Shown piece after piece: positions 44,898 to 58,274 of a stretch of DNA of 64,000 nucleotides. Positions within the stretch are counted from its first letter, which is position 1; each line of letters starts with the position of its first letter. This stretch comes from Eledone cirrhosa (lineage: Eukaryota), in the NCBI GenBank assembly GCA_964016885.1, contig OZ024742.1:228222001-228286000 (forward strand). Reading direction: 5' to 3'. The notes under the pieces were generated by a model that had not been told where the DNA came from, searched no databases, and saw nothing but the letters and a program-made list of their open reading frames with translations. The position numbers and the translations under genes are program-made.

Positions 44898-47758
44898 CAA
44901 AAAACGAGACAATCACTTGATCACCTACAGATCAGGGGAACATACCAGCCAGGTAGATTATATCCTTACCAGAAGACGTGACAGAGTGTCTGTTGTAAAC
45001 ACTAAATCCCTCCCCCATGAAGAATGCACCTCCCAACATACTCATAATTAGCGACCTCATAGTCAGGACGAGACGTACTCGACAGCAGAAGAGGACTATC
45101 CTCAGGAGAAAAATATGGAAGCTAAAGGACCCCACAGCCAGAAATAAATTTAAAAGCATATTACTTGATGCTTTCGACAGTAAGGAAGAGCATTTAGAGT
45201 CGTACAATATAGAGGAACAGTGGGAATTCCTGAAAGCAAACCTGCTGATGGCGGCAGACGAAGTCTGTGGCTGGAGCAGGCCTATAGGCAGGAGGAGAGT
45301 AACATGGTGGTGGAACAGTAAGGTGGAGGAGTCATTTAAGGCCAAAAAGCAGGCTTGGAAAGTATGGCGGGATGGGGGAAGTAGAGAAGACTATCAAGTG
45401 GCCAGGAGGGAAGCTAGGAGACAAGTGTACTTCGCAAGAAGGGAAGCAGAGGAAAGAAAGTTCAAGCATGTTCTACAACGCAAGGACCAAAAACGTGAGG
45501 TGTTCGGGATTGCTAGGCAATGTGTCAAGGAAAACCGTGATATTGTTGGGGAGAAGTGTGTACTTAATGATGATGGTGTACTTGCCATCACTGATGCTGA
45601 TAAGAAGGTAGCTTGGAAGTGTCACTAAGAAAGGCTACTAAATGAGGAGAATAAATGAGAGAAATACAGTCTCCCCCACATCGACCCAATAGAGGGACCA
45701 GCAGTGTTAGTCGAAGGTAGTATAATAAGTAAGGCAATCAAATATATTAAGACGGGTAAGGCGGCTGGGCCTTCGGAAATAGTTGCTGAAATGCTGAAAG
45801 CCTCTGGAACGGTGGGACACACCATGGTCACCCGGATAGTAAACCAAGTCATACAGAATGGGGTTGTTCCGAAGGACTGGCGTAGCAGCATCATCATTAA
45901 CTGCTACAAGGGTAAAGGAGATGCCCTAGATAGGAGTAACTATAGAGGCATTAAATTAATCGACCAGGTCATGAAGGTCACAGAAAAAGTAATAGCGCAA
46001 CTAATCAGAGAGAGAATTGATCTAGATGAAATGCAGTTCGGGTTTGTGTCAGGCAAAAGTACCACAGACGCTCTTTTCATTGTACGACAACAACAGGAGA
46101 AGTACCTAGCTAAAAGTAAACCCCTATACTTAGCTTTTGTCGACTTGGAGAAAGCCTTCGACAGAGTCCCCCGTTCCATTATCTGGTGGGCTCTTAGAAA
46201 ACTAGGTGTTGATGAATGGCTTGTGAGAGCTATACAAGCCATGTATAAAGAAACAGTCAGCAAGGTTAGAATTAACAACGAATATAGTGAAGAGTTTAGC
46301 GTAAAAGTTGGTGTTCATCAGGGCTCCGTTCTTAGCCCCCTACTATTTATTATTGCCCTTCAGGCTATAACAGTGGAGTTCAAGATCGGCTGCCCATGGG
46401 AACTCCTATACGCAGATGATCTAACGCTCATAGCTGAATCAATGGCCGAACTAGAGAAGAAATTCCAAACATGGAAGCATGGCCTAGAATCAAAAGTCCT
46501 TAAAATTAACCTGTCTAAGACTAAAGTTCTAGTTTGTAGGAAGGAAAATAGGGCGCCGGTCCCATCCGGGAAATGGCCATGCTCAGTGTGTAGGAAAGGA
46601 GTAGGTAGAAACTCCATTTTATGTCCCAAATGCAAAGTATGGGTGCATAAAAGATGTAGTGAGATCACAGGTAAGCTAACTAAGAACATAGATTTTATAT
46701 GTGGCCGGTGCTCTGGTGCAATAAGTAGCAGCAAGTGCCCACAGAATACTAGCTCATTCAATTGCACAGATGGTTCTATAGAAATAGTGGACAGCTTCCG
46801 TTACCTGGGTGACAAAATCAGCAATGGGGGAGGGTGCTCTGAAAATACAGTAGCTAGAGTCAGAACTGGATGGAAAAAGTTCAGAGAGCTTATACCACTA
46901 TTAGCCGCTAAAGGGTTCTCCCTAAAAATGAAAGGCAGGCTGTATGATGCCTGCATACGAACAGCAATGTTGCATGGCAGTGAGACCTGGGCATTGTGTG
47001 CAGAGGATATACGCAGACTAGAGAGGAACGAAGCTTGCATGCTCCGCTGGATGTGTAATAGTAATATACGTGAACGGCAAAGCATAAACGAACTAAGGGA
47101 AAAATTAGAAATAAGAGGGATCAGATGTTGTTTACTCGAGAGAAGGCTACATAGGTATGGTCACGTGATGCGCATGAAAGACGACAGCTGTATAAAAAAG
47201 TGCAGGGCAATAAAAATAGACACTAGCCACGGAGTAGGCAGACCCAGAAAAACCTGGGACGACTTGATAAATTCCGACCTCACACACTTACACCTCTCCA
47301 AGACAATGTCACTGGACCGAGATCTTTGGCGCTACACAGTAATAGAGAAGACCCGCCTTACCTAATTACAAAGTAAAACCTACTACAGTCAGTAGGCACC
47401 TCTAACAAAATACACCCCCGTCCCTCTACCCCCGCCCCATCCACACCACCCCTTTCAATGTAAAGTTATGTTGGTACCACAGCATCCAGGCCGAAACAAA
47501 TGAGGTCGTGTAGGTGTCACAAAAAAACACACAGTCCACGCTGTAATGTGGCCGTGTAGGTAACACGGTAAAAACCTCCCAGTCCCACACTGTAAATGTG
47601 GTTGGTGTTAGGAAGGGCATCCAACTGTAGAAAACCCGCCAGACAGTCCTATGCGAGCAAGACAACCACTCTTGCCTCAAGTGGGAAAACTCCCGTCCAA
47701 ACCCATGCAAGCACGGAACACGGACGTTAAACGATGATGATGATGATGATGATGATGA
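44898..47758 (+). mobile_element. Longest RTE LINE copy (APE C-terminus to 3' tail), disrupted
   Basis: SQVDYILTRR and EECTSQH (APE end), linker ORF 45017-45628, RT frame 45704-47365 with YADD and a PHD-like finger. Stops at ~45626 and ~45656. Confidence 0.95.
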
Positions 47759-47773
47759 CTATATATATATATA

Positions 47774-47809
<36 letters not shown>

Positions 47810-47848
47810 ATATTAAATAAATGGAAACTATATTTATAAAACCATATT

Positions 47849-47912
47849 TATTTTATTATATATATTTCAAGGGTACCAAGACAACATTGGTACGCTTTCA
47901 TCAGATAAAATA
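47849..47912 (-). ncRNA. Type I hammerhead motif
   Basis: Minus strand reads TATTTTAT-CTGATGA-AAGCGTACCAA-TGTTGTC-TTGGTACCCTT-GAAA-TATATA-TA-ATAAAATA; 8-bp stem I. Confidence 0.85.
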
Positions 47913-47933
47913 CAAAGTTTGTTTTATAAATAG

Positions 47934-48025
47934 AGACGTACACATGAAAAACATACCTTATCGGTTGGAAATTCACTATCCAGTGAATTTCCAACTGATA
48001 AGGTATGTTTTTCATGGGTACGTCT
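47934..48025. repeat. Hairpin with 44-bp arms and a 4-nt loop
   Basis: AGACGTACACATGAAAAACATACCTTATCGGTTGGAAATTCACT-ATCC-reverse complement; two non-Watson-Crick positions. Confidence 0.92.
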
Positions 48026-48424
48026 TTGAAACAATGCAGAGATTTCAATACAAGAATGAAAGTTAAATAATGTACATGAAATTACATGATAGCAAACTTC
48101 ACATCTTTTCCAAACAAATTTACTGACAATATAGATATCTAGAAATTACAAACACAAATGCCATGGATGTTAAAATTCAACACATATGCACATATATCTG
48201 TATTAAATATTTCACATGAAAATATAGAATCAAAACAAAAGAAAATATTAAGTCAACACTGTGTCAACATGTTGAACACCATAGGCTGGAAAAAATAGTT
48301 TGTTGATAATTGACAAGAGAATTAAATATGAAAGGAAATTGGTAAAAAAAATATCTTATACGGTAGCATTCTGATACATTTTAACCCTTAGACAAAACTG
48401 TCCCTGGTTTTACGATACTAAGCT

Positions 48425-49128
48425 GTGATACCCTCTTTCTTCTTAGTGAAACAACTACAAGAGAAGTTCCTAGCCAACTGTCTGGTGTAATGACTAACTT
48501 TTGTTGATTTGGAAGAGGCCTATGACAATCTTACACAATTTGTTATATGGTAATTTTTAAGGAAAAATAGAGGTAGGTAAGTAGCTTGTGAGAGCAGTGC
48601 AAGACATGTAAACATGTACAGTCAGCAAAGTGAAAGTAGGTAATGAGTTTAGTTGAAAATTCAATGTGTTGTTCAGCGTTAATCAGGGTTCAGTCCTCAG
48701 CCTACTCTTCTTTATTTTACTTCTTCAAGTCATAAGAGAATTTTAAGGCTGGATCTTGGGGGTAACTTCTCATCATCATCATCACCGTTTTACGTCCGTT
48801 CTTCCACGCTAGCATGGGTTAGACGGTCTGTATGCTGAAACCTTGTTTCTTATTGCTGAATCTGTGGGAGAGCTAGTGAAAACATTCATATTGTGGAAAC
48901 AGAACTTAAAATCAAAAGGACTAAAAGTAAACATTGATGAATGTTTTATTAAGTAGGACAGAAGACAGGACTCTGGTTCTATTAGGGAAGTGGCCATATT
49001 CAGTATGTACCCAATGTAAAACATGTACACTAGAGGTGTGTGTGAAGTGCAGTGTTGCATTGGAAATGAAACCTGGGCTGTAATTGCAGGAGGTATATGG
49101 TTGGTGGAGAGAAATGAAGCAAGCATAC
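48425..49128 (+). mobile_element. Old degenerate RTE fragment containing a ~55 bp antisense young RTE tail (48771-48826)
   Basis: QLQEKFLA, FVDLEEAYD and NQGSVLS remnants. The insert is the reverse complement of the RTE end at ~40205-40262. Confidence 0.75.
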
Positions 49129-49823
49129 TTTGTTGTGTCACCAGCACAACCACCTTACAGTATGGATTGTGTGCTTTTGTTGTGGCACCAGAGCAGCATA
49201 CAAGGTGGACTTTGTGCATTTGTCATGCCAATGGCATTGTGGGAGATCAGATGTCGAACATCATCCACCATATAAGGTGGTAGTGCTGAAGTCATGATAA
49301 AATATTCCCACTACACACTTAAGTGGATGGTGTTAGGAAGGATATCCAGCTATAGAAACCATGCTCTCAGTAATAGCTGTAGTGTGGTTATTGTTAGCAA
49401 GGACATCCAGTCATAGAAACCAAGCCATAAATGGAATGCAAGAGCAATTAATGGTCAAATTACTAGTTAAACCTCAAAATTCAAGAGCTTGTCTAACCTA
49501 TGCAGGCATGGAAAATGGATGTTAAACGGTGATGATGAATCTTATGGTGTATCTGTAATCTATAAATATGTAGAAATCACAAAAGATTGTATTATGTGAT
49601 TTTAATTACAAATTAAAAGGTAATCTTCAATTGTTCATGTAAGTGTTTATATTAATAGTTTATCTATATAAAAATGTAGTAACATTTCCACTGTTGAATC
49701 TCTATATTTAAAGTACCTTCATATCTTATACTGTTTCTTTATTATTTCAGAACATCAGATGTCATTGGTATTAAAGAATTCTTTATTCAGATACATCATC
49801 TTTTAGAGTGAAAAAGAGAAATT

Positions 49824-51173
49824 ATGGAAAATGAATTATGGGAGAAACAGGTTCAGATTAAAACAGAATCCAAAACGAATGATTTTGCTGATGAGGTACT
49901 GAAAGAAATAGGAAAAACATCATACCATTGTGATGTCTCTAGTAAATCATTCTCCAAAATATGTCAACTAACTTCTCAGAGATATATTCCTAGAGGTGAG
50001 AAGCTATATCACTGTGACATCTGTAGTAAATCATTCTCTGCAAGTAATGACTTTTCTATACACAAATGTACAAGAGAGAAACCATATCACTGTGATATAT
50101 GTGGTAAATCATACTGTAGAAATATTAACTTGACTTTACATAAACATATCCACACAGGCAAGAAGCCATTTCACTGTGATATATGCAGTAAATCATTCTC
50201 TCAAGGAAGTAACTTATCTAAACACAAACGTATTCATACGAAAGAGAAGCCATATCATTGTGGTATCTGTGATAAAAATTTCTCAGATGGAAGTGCCTTA
50301 AATGTACACAAAAATATTCATACAGGTGAGAAGCCATATCACTGTGATATCTGTGATAAATCATTCTCTACTAATTCATACTTAATCATACACAAACGTA
50401 TTCATACAGGAGAGACACCATATCACTGTGATATCTGTGGGAAATCATTCTCTACAAATAGAAATTTAACTGTACACAAAAATCTTCATACTGGAGAGAA
50501 GCCATATCTCTGTGATATCTGTAATAAGTCATTTGCTGGAAGTGGTAACTTAACCGTTCACAAACGTATGCACACAGGAGAGAAGCCATATCACTGTGAT
50601 ATCTGTGGTATTTCTTTTTCTAGAAGTAATGTTTTAACTAAACACAAACGTATTCATACAGGAGAGAAGCCATATCACTGTAATATCTGTGGTAAATCGT
50701 TTTCTGGAAGTGGTGACTTAACTAAACACAAACCTGTTCATACAGGAGATAAGTTATATCTCTGTGATATCTGTGGTCAATCATTCTCTCAAGCAAATAC
50801 TCTAACTAGACATAAACGTATTCATACAGGAGAAAAACCATATCATTGTGATATCTGTGGTAAATCATTCACTGATAAGAGTCCCTTAACAAATCACATG
50901 CGTATTCATACAGGAGAGAAGCCATACCACTGTAATATCTGTGGTAAATCATTCTCTCAAAGTGGGGATTTGACTTGTCACAAACGTGTTCATACAGGTG
51001 AGAAACCATACCACTGTGACATCTGTGGTAAATCATTCTCAACAAATGGAACCTTAACTATACACAAGCGTATTCATACAGGTGAAAAGCCATATCATTG
51101 TGATGTCTGTGGTAAATCATACACTCAAAGTAGTGACTTAACTAAACACAAGCGTATTCATATTGCAGTATAG
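49824..51173 (+). CDS. C2H2 zinc-finger protein B, 449 aa, 2 degenerate plus 13 canonical fingers; paralog of A
   Basis: Intact ORF collinear with 13163-14680; splice acceptor at 49750; AATAAA at 51504. Confidence 0.95.
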   Translation: MENELWEKQVQIKTESKTNDFADEVLKEIGKTSYHCDVSSKSFSKICQLTSQRYIPRGEKLYHCDICSKSFSASNDFSIHKCTREKPYHCDICGKSYCRNINLTLHKHIHTGKKPFHCDICSKSFSQGSNLSKHKRIHTKEKPYHCGICDKNFSDGSALNVHKNIHTGEKPYHCDICDKSFSTNSYLIIHKRIHTGETPYHCDICGKSFSTNRNLTVHKNLHTGEKPYLCDICNKSFAGSGNLTVHKRMHTGEKPYHCDICGISFSRSNVLTKHKRIHTGEKPYHCNICGKSFSGSGDLTKHKPVHTGDKLYLCDICGQSFSQANTLTRHKRIHTGEKPYHCDICGKSFTDKSPLTNHMRIHTGEKPYHCNICGKSFSQSGDLTCHKRVHTGEKPYHCDICGKSFSTNGTLTIHKRIHTGEKPYHCDVCGKSYTQSSDLTKHKRIHIAV

Positions 51174-52171
51174 CTTTGAAAAGGAGAGAAGCCATATCAC
51201 TTGTGATATCTGTGATGAAATCTTTCTCTCAAAGTGGTGATTTGACTACTTGCAAATGTGTTCATACCAGAGAGATGTCATGTCACTGATATCTGTGGTA
51301 AATCATTCTCTGAAAAATGTCTCTTAAGTACACGTTTGTATTAATACAGAAGAGTAAGCATATCAATGTCAAACGCCATTCTACAGAAAAATGTTAAATA
51401 ACTGTAAATATGTTCACACAGTTCAGAAGATATTACAATGAAATAGCACTATATTTTATATAACTACAAATCTTTGTTGGTGAGATAATTTACCATTTTG
51501 AATAATAAAATTATTCTTTCACAAAACACATTTGTCTTCCATTTAACATTTATAGAAGGTAGAAATGAGAATTGTAGATGTGTGTTGTGAGATGAAGTGA
51601 AACATTAACCAGACTCCTCATAGACAATCAGTAAAGTTATTAGCTCTACTGTGTAGGTGGAGTATACATTTTGCTTCCTGAGAACTGGATAGATAAAATA
51701 ATTGTGGTAGTAAGAGTGACAAAATTATCAAGTTCAGTATAGTGATAGGCAAGAGAATGACAATGTTTATCTCCACTTATAGTCTAGGCTGAATAAAGAA
51801 GGAAAAGACCGTCTCTATGAGGGCTTCTTAACAGATTTCTCTAAGCGGAAGTGACGTGTTTGAGTGGTGGCTAGGTGAAGGGAGAAAGAAAGAAAAGAAG
51901 CAGTAAGAGGAAGGGAAAAGCGGGGAGGGAGAAAAAGAATGAAAGAGCCATTGCGCTGAGTTCTTCCAATTACTCTACAAATTCTAATACATACATACAT
52001 CATCATCATCATCAATTAACGTCTATCTTCCACGCTTGCATGGGTTAGACGGGTCCCATTTAGAAGCAAGTTGGGTCAGGTGACCGTGTCTTGCTCATAT
52101 AGGACTGTTTCTGGCTGGTTTTCTATATATATTTGCATGTATATATATATACACATATATATATATATATA

Positions 52172-53720
52172 TCATCATCATCATTGTTTAACCTCCATCT
52201 TTCACAGTAGCATGGGTAGGACGGATTGACCTTTAGGGAGAAAATCGGGTCAGAGGACAATGTTTAGTTCACCCGGGACAAGTTTTGGCTTGGTTTCTAC
52301 TGCTGGGTGCCATTCCTAATGCCAACCACATTTACAGTGTGTGCTGGGTGCGTTTTGTCGTGTCACCTACATGACCACTTTACAGTGGGGACTGGGCACT
52401 TTTGTCTTGGAACTAGAGAGTAGAGAGGAAGCTTGGGAAAATTGTGGACATAGGTAATAGGGCAGGGACGGTTACTACAAAAAGAGGTGAATGAGAGAGG
52501 AAAAGGTTGAGGAAGTTGTTACCTACTAGGTATAAGCCTGAGCCTGAGAATAATAGAGGGCGGGTCTTCTGTAATACTGCATAGTGCCAGTGGTGGCGGT
52601 CCTTTGAGAGGTTTAATTGTGCAAGGTCAGCTTTTATTACCTTATCCCAAGTCTTCTTAGGCCTGCCCACTCCATGGCTACCATCAACTTTGAGGGCTCT
52701 GCACCTTTTTATACATCTGCCATCTTGCATACACATCACATGTTCATACCAATGCAATCTCCTCCTACATGCAACAACTGATCCTCTTATACCTAATTTC
52801 TCATGCAGTTCATTTATACTTTGCCGTTCACGTATATTGCTACTGCACATCCTGTGAAGCATGGAGGCTTCATTTCTTTCTAATCTTCGAAGGTCCTCAG
52901 CACACGGTGCCCAGGTCTCACTGCTGTGCAACATTGGTGTTCGTATACATGCATCATACAGTCTGCCTATCAGTTTGAGGGAAAAATCTTTTGTATTTAG
53001 TAACGGTAGTAGCTCACTGAACTTTCTCCAACCTGATCTTACTCTGGTTACTGTGCTTTCAGAACACCCTCCCCAACTACTGATTTGGTCACCCAAGTAA
53101 CAGAAACTATCTACCACTTCAACCGAGCCCCCTGAGCATTTGAAGGTGATTGTATCCTGAGGGTTCTTGCTTCTTACTGCTCTTGTGCACTGGCCACAAG
53201 TAAAACCTACATTCTTTGTTAACCTGCCTGAGATCCCACTACATCTCTTGTGTACCCATTGCTTGCATTTGGTACATAGAATGGAATTTCTACCTACTCC
53301 TTTTTGGCACACTGAGCAACGCCATTTCCCAGAGGAGATCTGGGCCCTGTTTTCCTATCTACTTACTAGGACTTTAGTCTTTGCCAGACCTTTAAATTCT
53401 AGGTCTTGCTTCCAGGTTTGGACTTTCATCTATAATTCAGCTATAAGGGTTAGGTCATCAGCATACAGAAATTCCCATGGGCAGCTGGTCTTAAACTCCT
53501 CCGTTATTGCCTGCAGAACGATAATAAACAGAAGAGGACTAAGAACAGAGCCCTGATGGACACCAACCTGCACGCTAACTTATTCGCTATAGTTATTATT
53601 AATTCTGATCTTGCTGGCTGTTCTATACAATGCTGGAACTGCCCTCACAAGCCATTCGTTAACTCCTAGTTTTCTAAGAGGCCACCAGATAATGGAACGG
53701 GGGACTCTGTTAAAAGCTTT
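52172..53720 (-). mobile_element. Degenerate 5'-truncated RTE LINE (a separate tail fragment lies at 51998-52125)
   Basis: ORF 52413-53312 has PHD-like and RT C-terminal motifs; upstream KAFNRVP and GVHQGSVLS; (CAT)n on the plus strand. Confidence 0.9.
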
Positions 53721-53879
53721 GTTTTTTATTATGTTTCACATTCTGAAATTATCGACAAGATCCCAGACCTCATTCGCTTAATGAGTGGGGTGGAGCTCGT
53801 CAAATCAGACCGATGAAACAATGTTTCCATTGGTCTTTCCAATTGCTAATACTATCTGTCAGTTGTAAGTCAAGGCAGA

Positions 53880-53995
53880 AGGAGCAACGTGAAGTAAAGT
53901 GTCTCTCTCAAGGATATAACGCATCGCCCGGTCCGAGAGTCAAAATCACCTCACAATTGTGAATCCAATTCTCTAACTACTCAGCCACGTGCCAT
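53880..53995 (-). mobile_element. tRNA-derived SINE head fragment
   Basis: Similar to the head and CORE-like start of 44516-44858. Confidence 0.55.
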
Positions 53996-54264
53996 CACTT
54001 TATATATATAACACACGATTACACGCTTTTATAGTTTCTTCACACACATATATAAGTATAGTATATATATATAATATATATATAGTAGGCTTTAGGGGAG
54101 CAGCGACTTTGATTAAAAATTACTGCACAAGGCAAACGTGAACTGCGAAAGCCATTGTAAAGGCAGCCTGTCAGGGAGAGTAAACACTGAATAAAAACTG
54201 ATAGAGGGTGAAGAGGACTGCAGTCCATTAAGACAATCTCTTTAGTGCTGGTGGCACAAATAAT

Positions 54265-55195
54265 GTACCCAGTCCATGCTGTAAAGTGGTTGCTGATAGG
54301 AAGAGCATCCAGCCTGAAAAAACCCTGCCAATCTTATGGAAAGCACAACAAATAAGATTAACACTAATTGCATATACAAGGTTAACACTAGTTATGTTAG
54401 TGTTGCACACGGTTGTGGGCTGGCCAGAGAAGCCATGTGCAAGAAATCCTTGACCGCCATCAAGCAATCACACAACCTTTTCCATTTCCAATTACAAGGA
54501 ACTAAGCACTGTCAAGTTACAAATCTCAGGACTGCCACCCTAAATGTTAGCACACTCAAAGGTAAATCAGGTGAAATATTGGAACTGTTAGAGAGAAGAG
54601 GATGTATGCTGTGTATAAGAAGTGAGATGGAGGGGTGCCTCAGCAAAAAGCATAAATATAAACTTTTCCTGGCAGGAAATGATCATGGGGTAGGTGGTGT
54701 AGGCATCCTGTTTGCTGAGAAATGGATGGATAAGGTGATAGAAATAGACTGGTGACAATTACATCTACCTATGCTCCACAGGCTGGACTGAGTAAAGAAC
54801 GAAAGGAAAGGTTCTATGAGGAACTTTTACTGACAAACTCAGATTTTGATGAAAGAGACCTCATCATCTTGGCAGGGGACTTCAATGAATATGCTGGTCA
54901 GTATCACGATGAATTCACTGGAGTTCATCATCACTATGATTATGATTCAAGAAATGAAGAGGATGTAAGGCTCCTACAAATCTGTGATGCAAATGAACTA
55001 GTCATTTGTAATACAGATTTCAGGAAACTGGCCAGCCACCTGATCACATACTAATCAGGCAAACACACAAGCTACATTGATTTCTTACTTGTAAGACATC
55101 GAAATAAATGGACTATAATAAATGCTAAGGCCTTTCCTAGGAAAGAATGTGCCACCCAACACAAGTTAGTTATTAGTGGCATCAAACTAAACAAG
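54265..55195 (+). mobile_element. RTE LINE 5' region: 5' UTR and degenerate APE endonuclease
   Basis: LRTATLNVSTLKGKSGE, GVGGVGIL, STYAPQAGL, IILAGDFN and IDFLLVR. Confidence 0.85.
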
Positions 55196-55579
55196 TGTGT
55201 AGCATTTTAGCAGTGAAGTGTTTGGCACTGTCTTGAAGAGCATCGAAGCGAAGTCACAGTAAATCTTCTGTAGAATCGAAGTTTGGTAAATAACTTGACG
55301 AATGTGATTCGTGAGCGTCAACAGTTGAAGTAAAGTTTATGCTTAGCTTGGAGTCACCATTATGCATTGTCACGTCTGGCGCACTATAATGTGGTGAGAA
55401 GGCTGTGAGCTTGAATCATGTCAGACGTTAGGGACATCGATGAATCGTGAAGTTTTGTGAAGCAGTGAAAATTTGTAAGCGTTGACAGTTGAAGTGTTGC
55501 TTTAACTCAGGTCTCTGTTTGTAGCAAATAGTGTCGGTCATCAATTGTAGTGGATAGTGAGGAGACTGTGTTCGTTTCA

Positions 55580-55658
55580 CGGGGTCACCAGTTGTAGCAG
55601 ATTCGTAGAGGATAATGAGAAGGCTGTTTTTTCGTTTCTCGGGGTCACCAGTTGTAGC
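55580..55658 (-). mobile_element. Two tandem LTR-end plus tRNA-Trp primer-binding-site motifs
   Basis: Minus strand has GCTACA-AC-TGGTGACCCCG twice, 60 bp apart. TGGTGACCCCGA is complementary to the tRNA-Trp 3' end. Confidence 0.6.
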
Positions 55659-56832
55659 GCATAAGTGGTATTCTTTGTATGGTAGTTTTGATGAAAAGAA
55701 TGTCATGATTGAGTTGTTAACAACGTTTATTTTATAATAAAAATATTCAACTTGAACATCGAGTAATAAAATTTATGACATGAAATATCACTATATTAAT
55801 TTGCTAGCTGCTACGAGCTAGCGTGAATGCATGTATCAGAGAATTCGATATAGTAAAAGTTGTGTTGTATCTTACAGATACAATATGACAGGAAGAATAG
55901 GATGAGCGTATAATGTAAACAATATGAACTAACTATATGTGTGTGTGTGTGCCTATTCTTAGAATATATTATTCTTCTCAAGGATGCTGCTTCATGTCTG
56001 GCTGCCTGGCTGTGTCGGTGGCCGAGAAGGTCGAAGCCAGTAAGGGCCAGGAGAGATAGAGTGAAAGGTCTACTGATGCCTACATCGTTATCACTTGCTG
56101 ATTGCTGTTTCGGGTCTCTCTGTTGGGTTTCCTAAGTCGTCGTATTTATAATAACCCTATAGTTAGACGGATGGATATATGAGGTTGATTTATGATCAGC
56201 CATGTGGTTATTGTCTCCCAAGAAGCTGGGGTCACAGGTCAAGTAGAATGTACGTTTATCATCGCTGTCTTTGACAAGACAATGGTGAGAACCTCCAACG
56301 ATAGATAGTCCCAGAGGCAAGAAACCTCAGATTCGGTTTCGAATCTTCGCCGGTAAAACATAGGTGTATTCCGTTATACACAAAACAATAGAATACAGAG
56401 GAAGACATTGAGACAGAGGATTTGGAAGCTAAAGGACCTATTGGTAATATATAGGTTCAGAAATGCCCTACATGATGCATTTGATGAGAGGGTAAAAAGC
56501 TAGATATATACAACGTAGATGACAATAGGAAATTCTTGCATGATAATCTTTTCTGACCTACTGATGATAGAACCATTAAAGCTAAGAGACAGGTGGGGGG
56601 AAAATGATGATCTGGCCTTTATAGCTGAATCCATTAAATAACTAAAGATTAAGTTCCAACTACGGTAACAGAATTTGGAATCAAAAGGACTGAGAGTAAA
56701 CCTCGCCAAAACTAAAGTGCTAGTAAGTAGGAAAAAAGATAGAAACCTGAATAATGTAAGAAGCAAATAGATACTATGCGCAAAATAATTTCTATATTGA
56801 AAGAATCCCTTGGTGGAGCTATCCAATACTAA

Positions 56833-58126
56833 TCTATATATATAAAACAGAGGATGCATGTCTGTGTGTCTTTTTCCCTAAAACTCGAGAAGTACCCAAC
56901 CGTTTTTTTTCAAACTTTACACATGTAACCCGCATGGCCCCGGAAGTGTTTTGAGCAAAAATAAATTTCAAATTATTCTGACCTAGGGATCGAATTAGTG
57001 AAGTGGCCAATGTCTGTACATAATGAGGGAGTGAGAAGGGAGAGAAAGAAACGTAGAGGCGAAGTGAAGAAGTGGCTCTCTACTCCTCCTCCTCCTTCTC
57101 CCCATTCGTCACAGCGTTTTTCGATAGAGGGGAGAAATGTGAACGAGTTACAGAGAGAAAGAGTGAGAGTGAAAGAAACAGACAGACTAAAAGAGGGGGA
57201 TAGCGGGAGAGAGAAGAGAGTGACAGACGCCGTCTTTTGAGAGTTGTATGCATCAAAGATACATGACAGTGGAATAACTATTGCGTGTGTGTCTGAGTTT
57301 GTGTGCGTTTGCATGCGTGAGTGTGTATGTGTACGTGAGTGATTATAAACTCTCTCACATGGTCTGATGGAATTAACCCTTTAGTATTTACATTACTCTA
57401 TATATACTATACTATTTTCATGGTAAAGGCTTTATCTCACATAATATAAAAATCTCATAGATTTAATATTATTTATTTTGAGAACAATACCTTAACCCTT
57501 TAGTATTAATGTGAGTGAGTTATAAAGAGAAAGAGTGAGAGTGAAAGAAACAGACAGACTAAAAGGGGGATAGCGGGAGAGAGAGAGAGAGACGCCGGAA
57601 GAGGGGAAAGAAAGCTATATGTCTTGCTGTCTGCATTACGATACATATATATACACACACACACACTGATCGCGTCATAATGACGTAATGCAGACAGCCA
57701 GACATACAGACAGATATTATAAGGGCGCAACGTTATATCTATGTATCTATCTAAAAAGAAAGACTAAGAATTATAGAGAGAGAGATCGCTAAATCGCTTA
57801 ATGCGGTCCCTAGGGCATTGAAAATCTGAAATATCTTTTGCTCAAAACACTCACATGATCATAAGTATTACATGTGTAAAGTTTGAAAACAATCGGTTGG
57901 GTGGTTCTCAAGTTTTAGTGAGCTGACTGACAGACAGACAGACATTCTCTGTTTTAGATATATAGATATATATATAATTATATATTCGTGTACAGATATT
58001 TTTGCTTACACAATAACAAAATATAAATAAACGTATTTATTTCGCGGGGCTCAATAAGGATAAATATATATCAAATATATAAGAACCCTAGAGCAAATCC
58101 CGAGTAACGCCGGGCCATTCTGCTAG
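56833..58126 (+). mobile_element. Non-autonomous Helitron-like element with an internal inverted copy of its 5' end
   Basis: 5' A|TCTATATA; 3' CCCGAGTAACGCCGGG hairpin then CTAG|T. 57800-57966 is a diverged reverse complement of 56833-56998. Confidence 0.7.
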
Positions 58127-58274
58127 TATGAAATAAAGCTCTACAGATTCATTTTCATCTAAAACATTTTGATCTTTCTACATGTTTCTTTTGTTCAATT
58201 TTCTTGAATAAAAATATAAATATTTCTCAAACTCATTTAATTTTTTTGTCTGGGAGTGTATATATTGATAGATA

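Noticed and set aside
53720-53870. Hairpin AGACCGATGAAACA/TGTTTCCATTGGTCT and a TTGACGA...GAAAC arrangement
   Set aside because: No paired stem I or II around the putative core; function unsupported.
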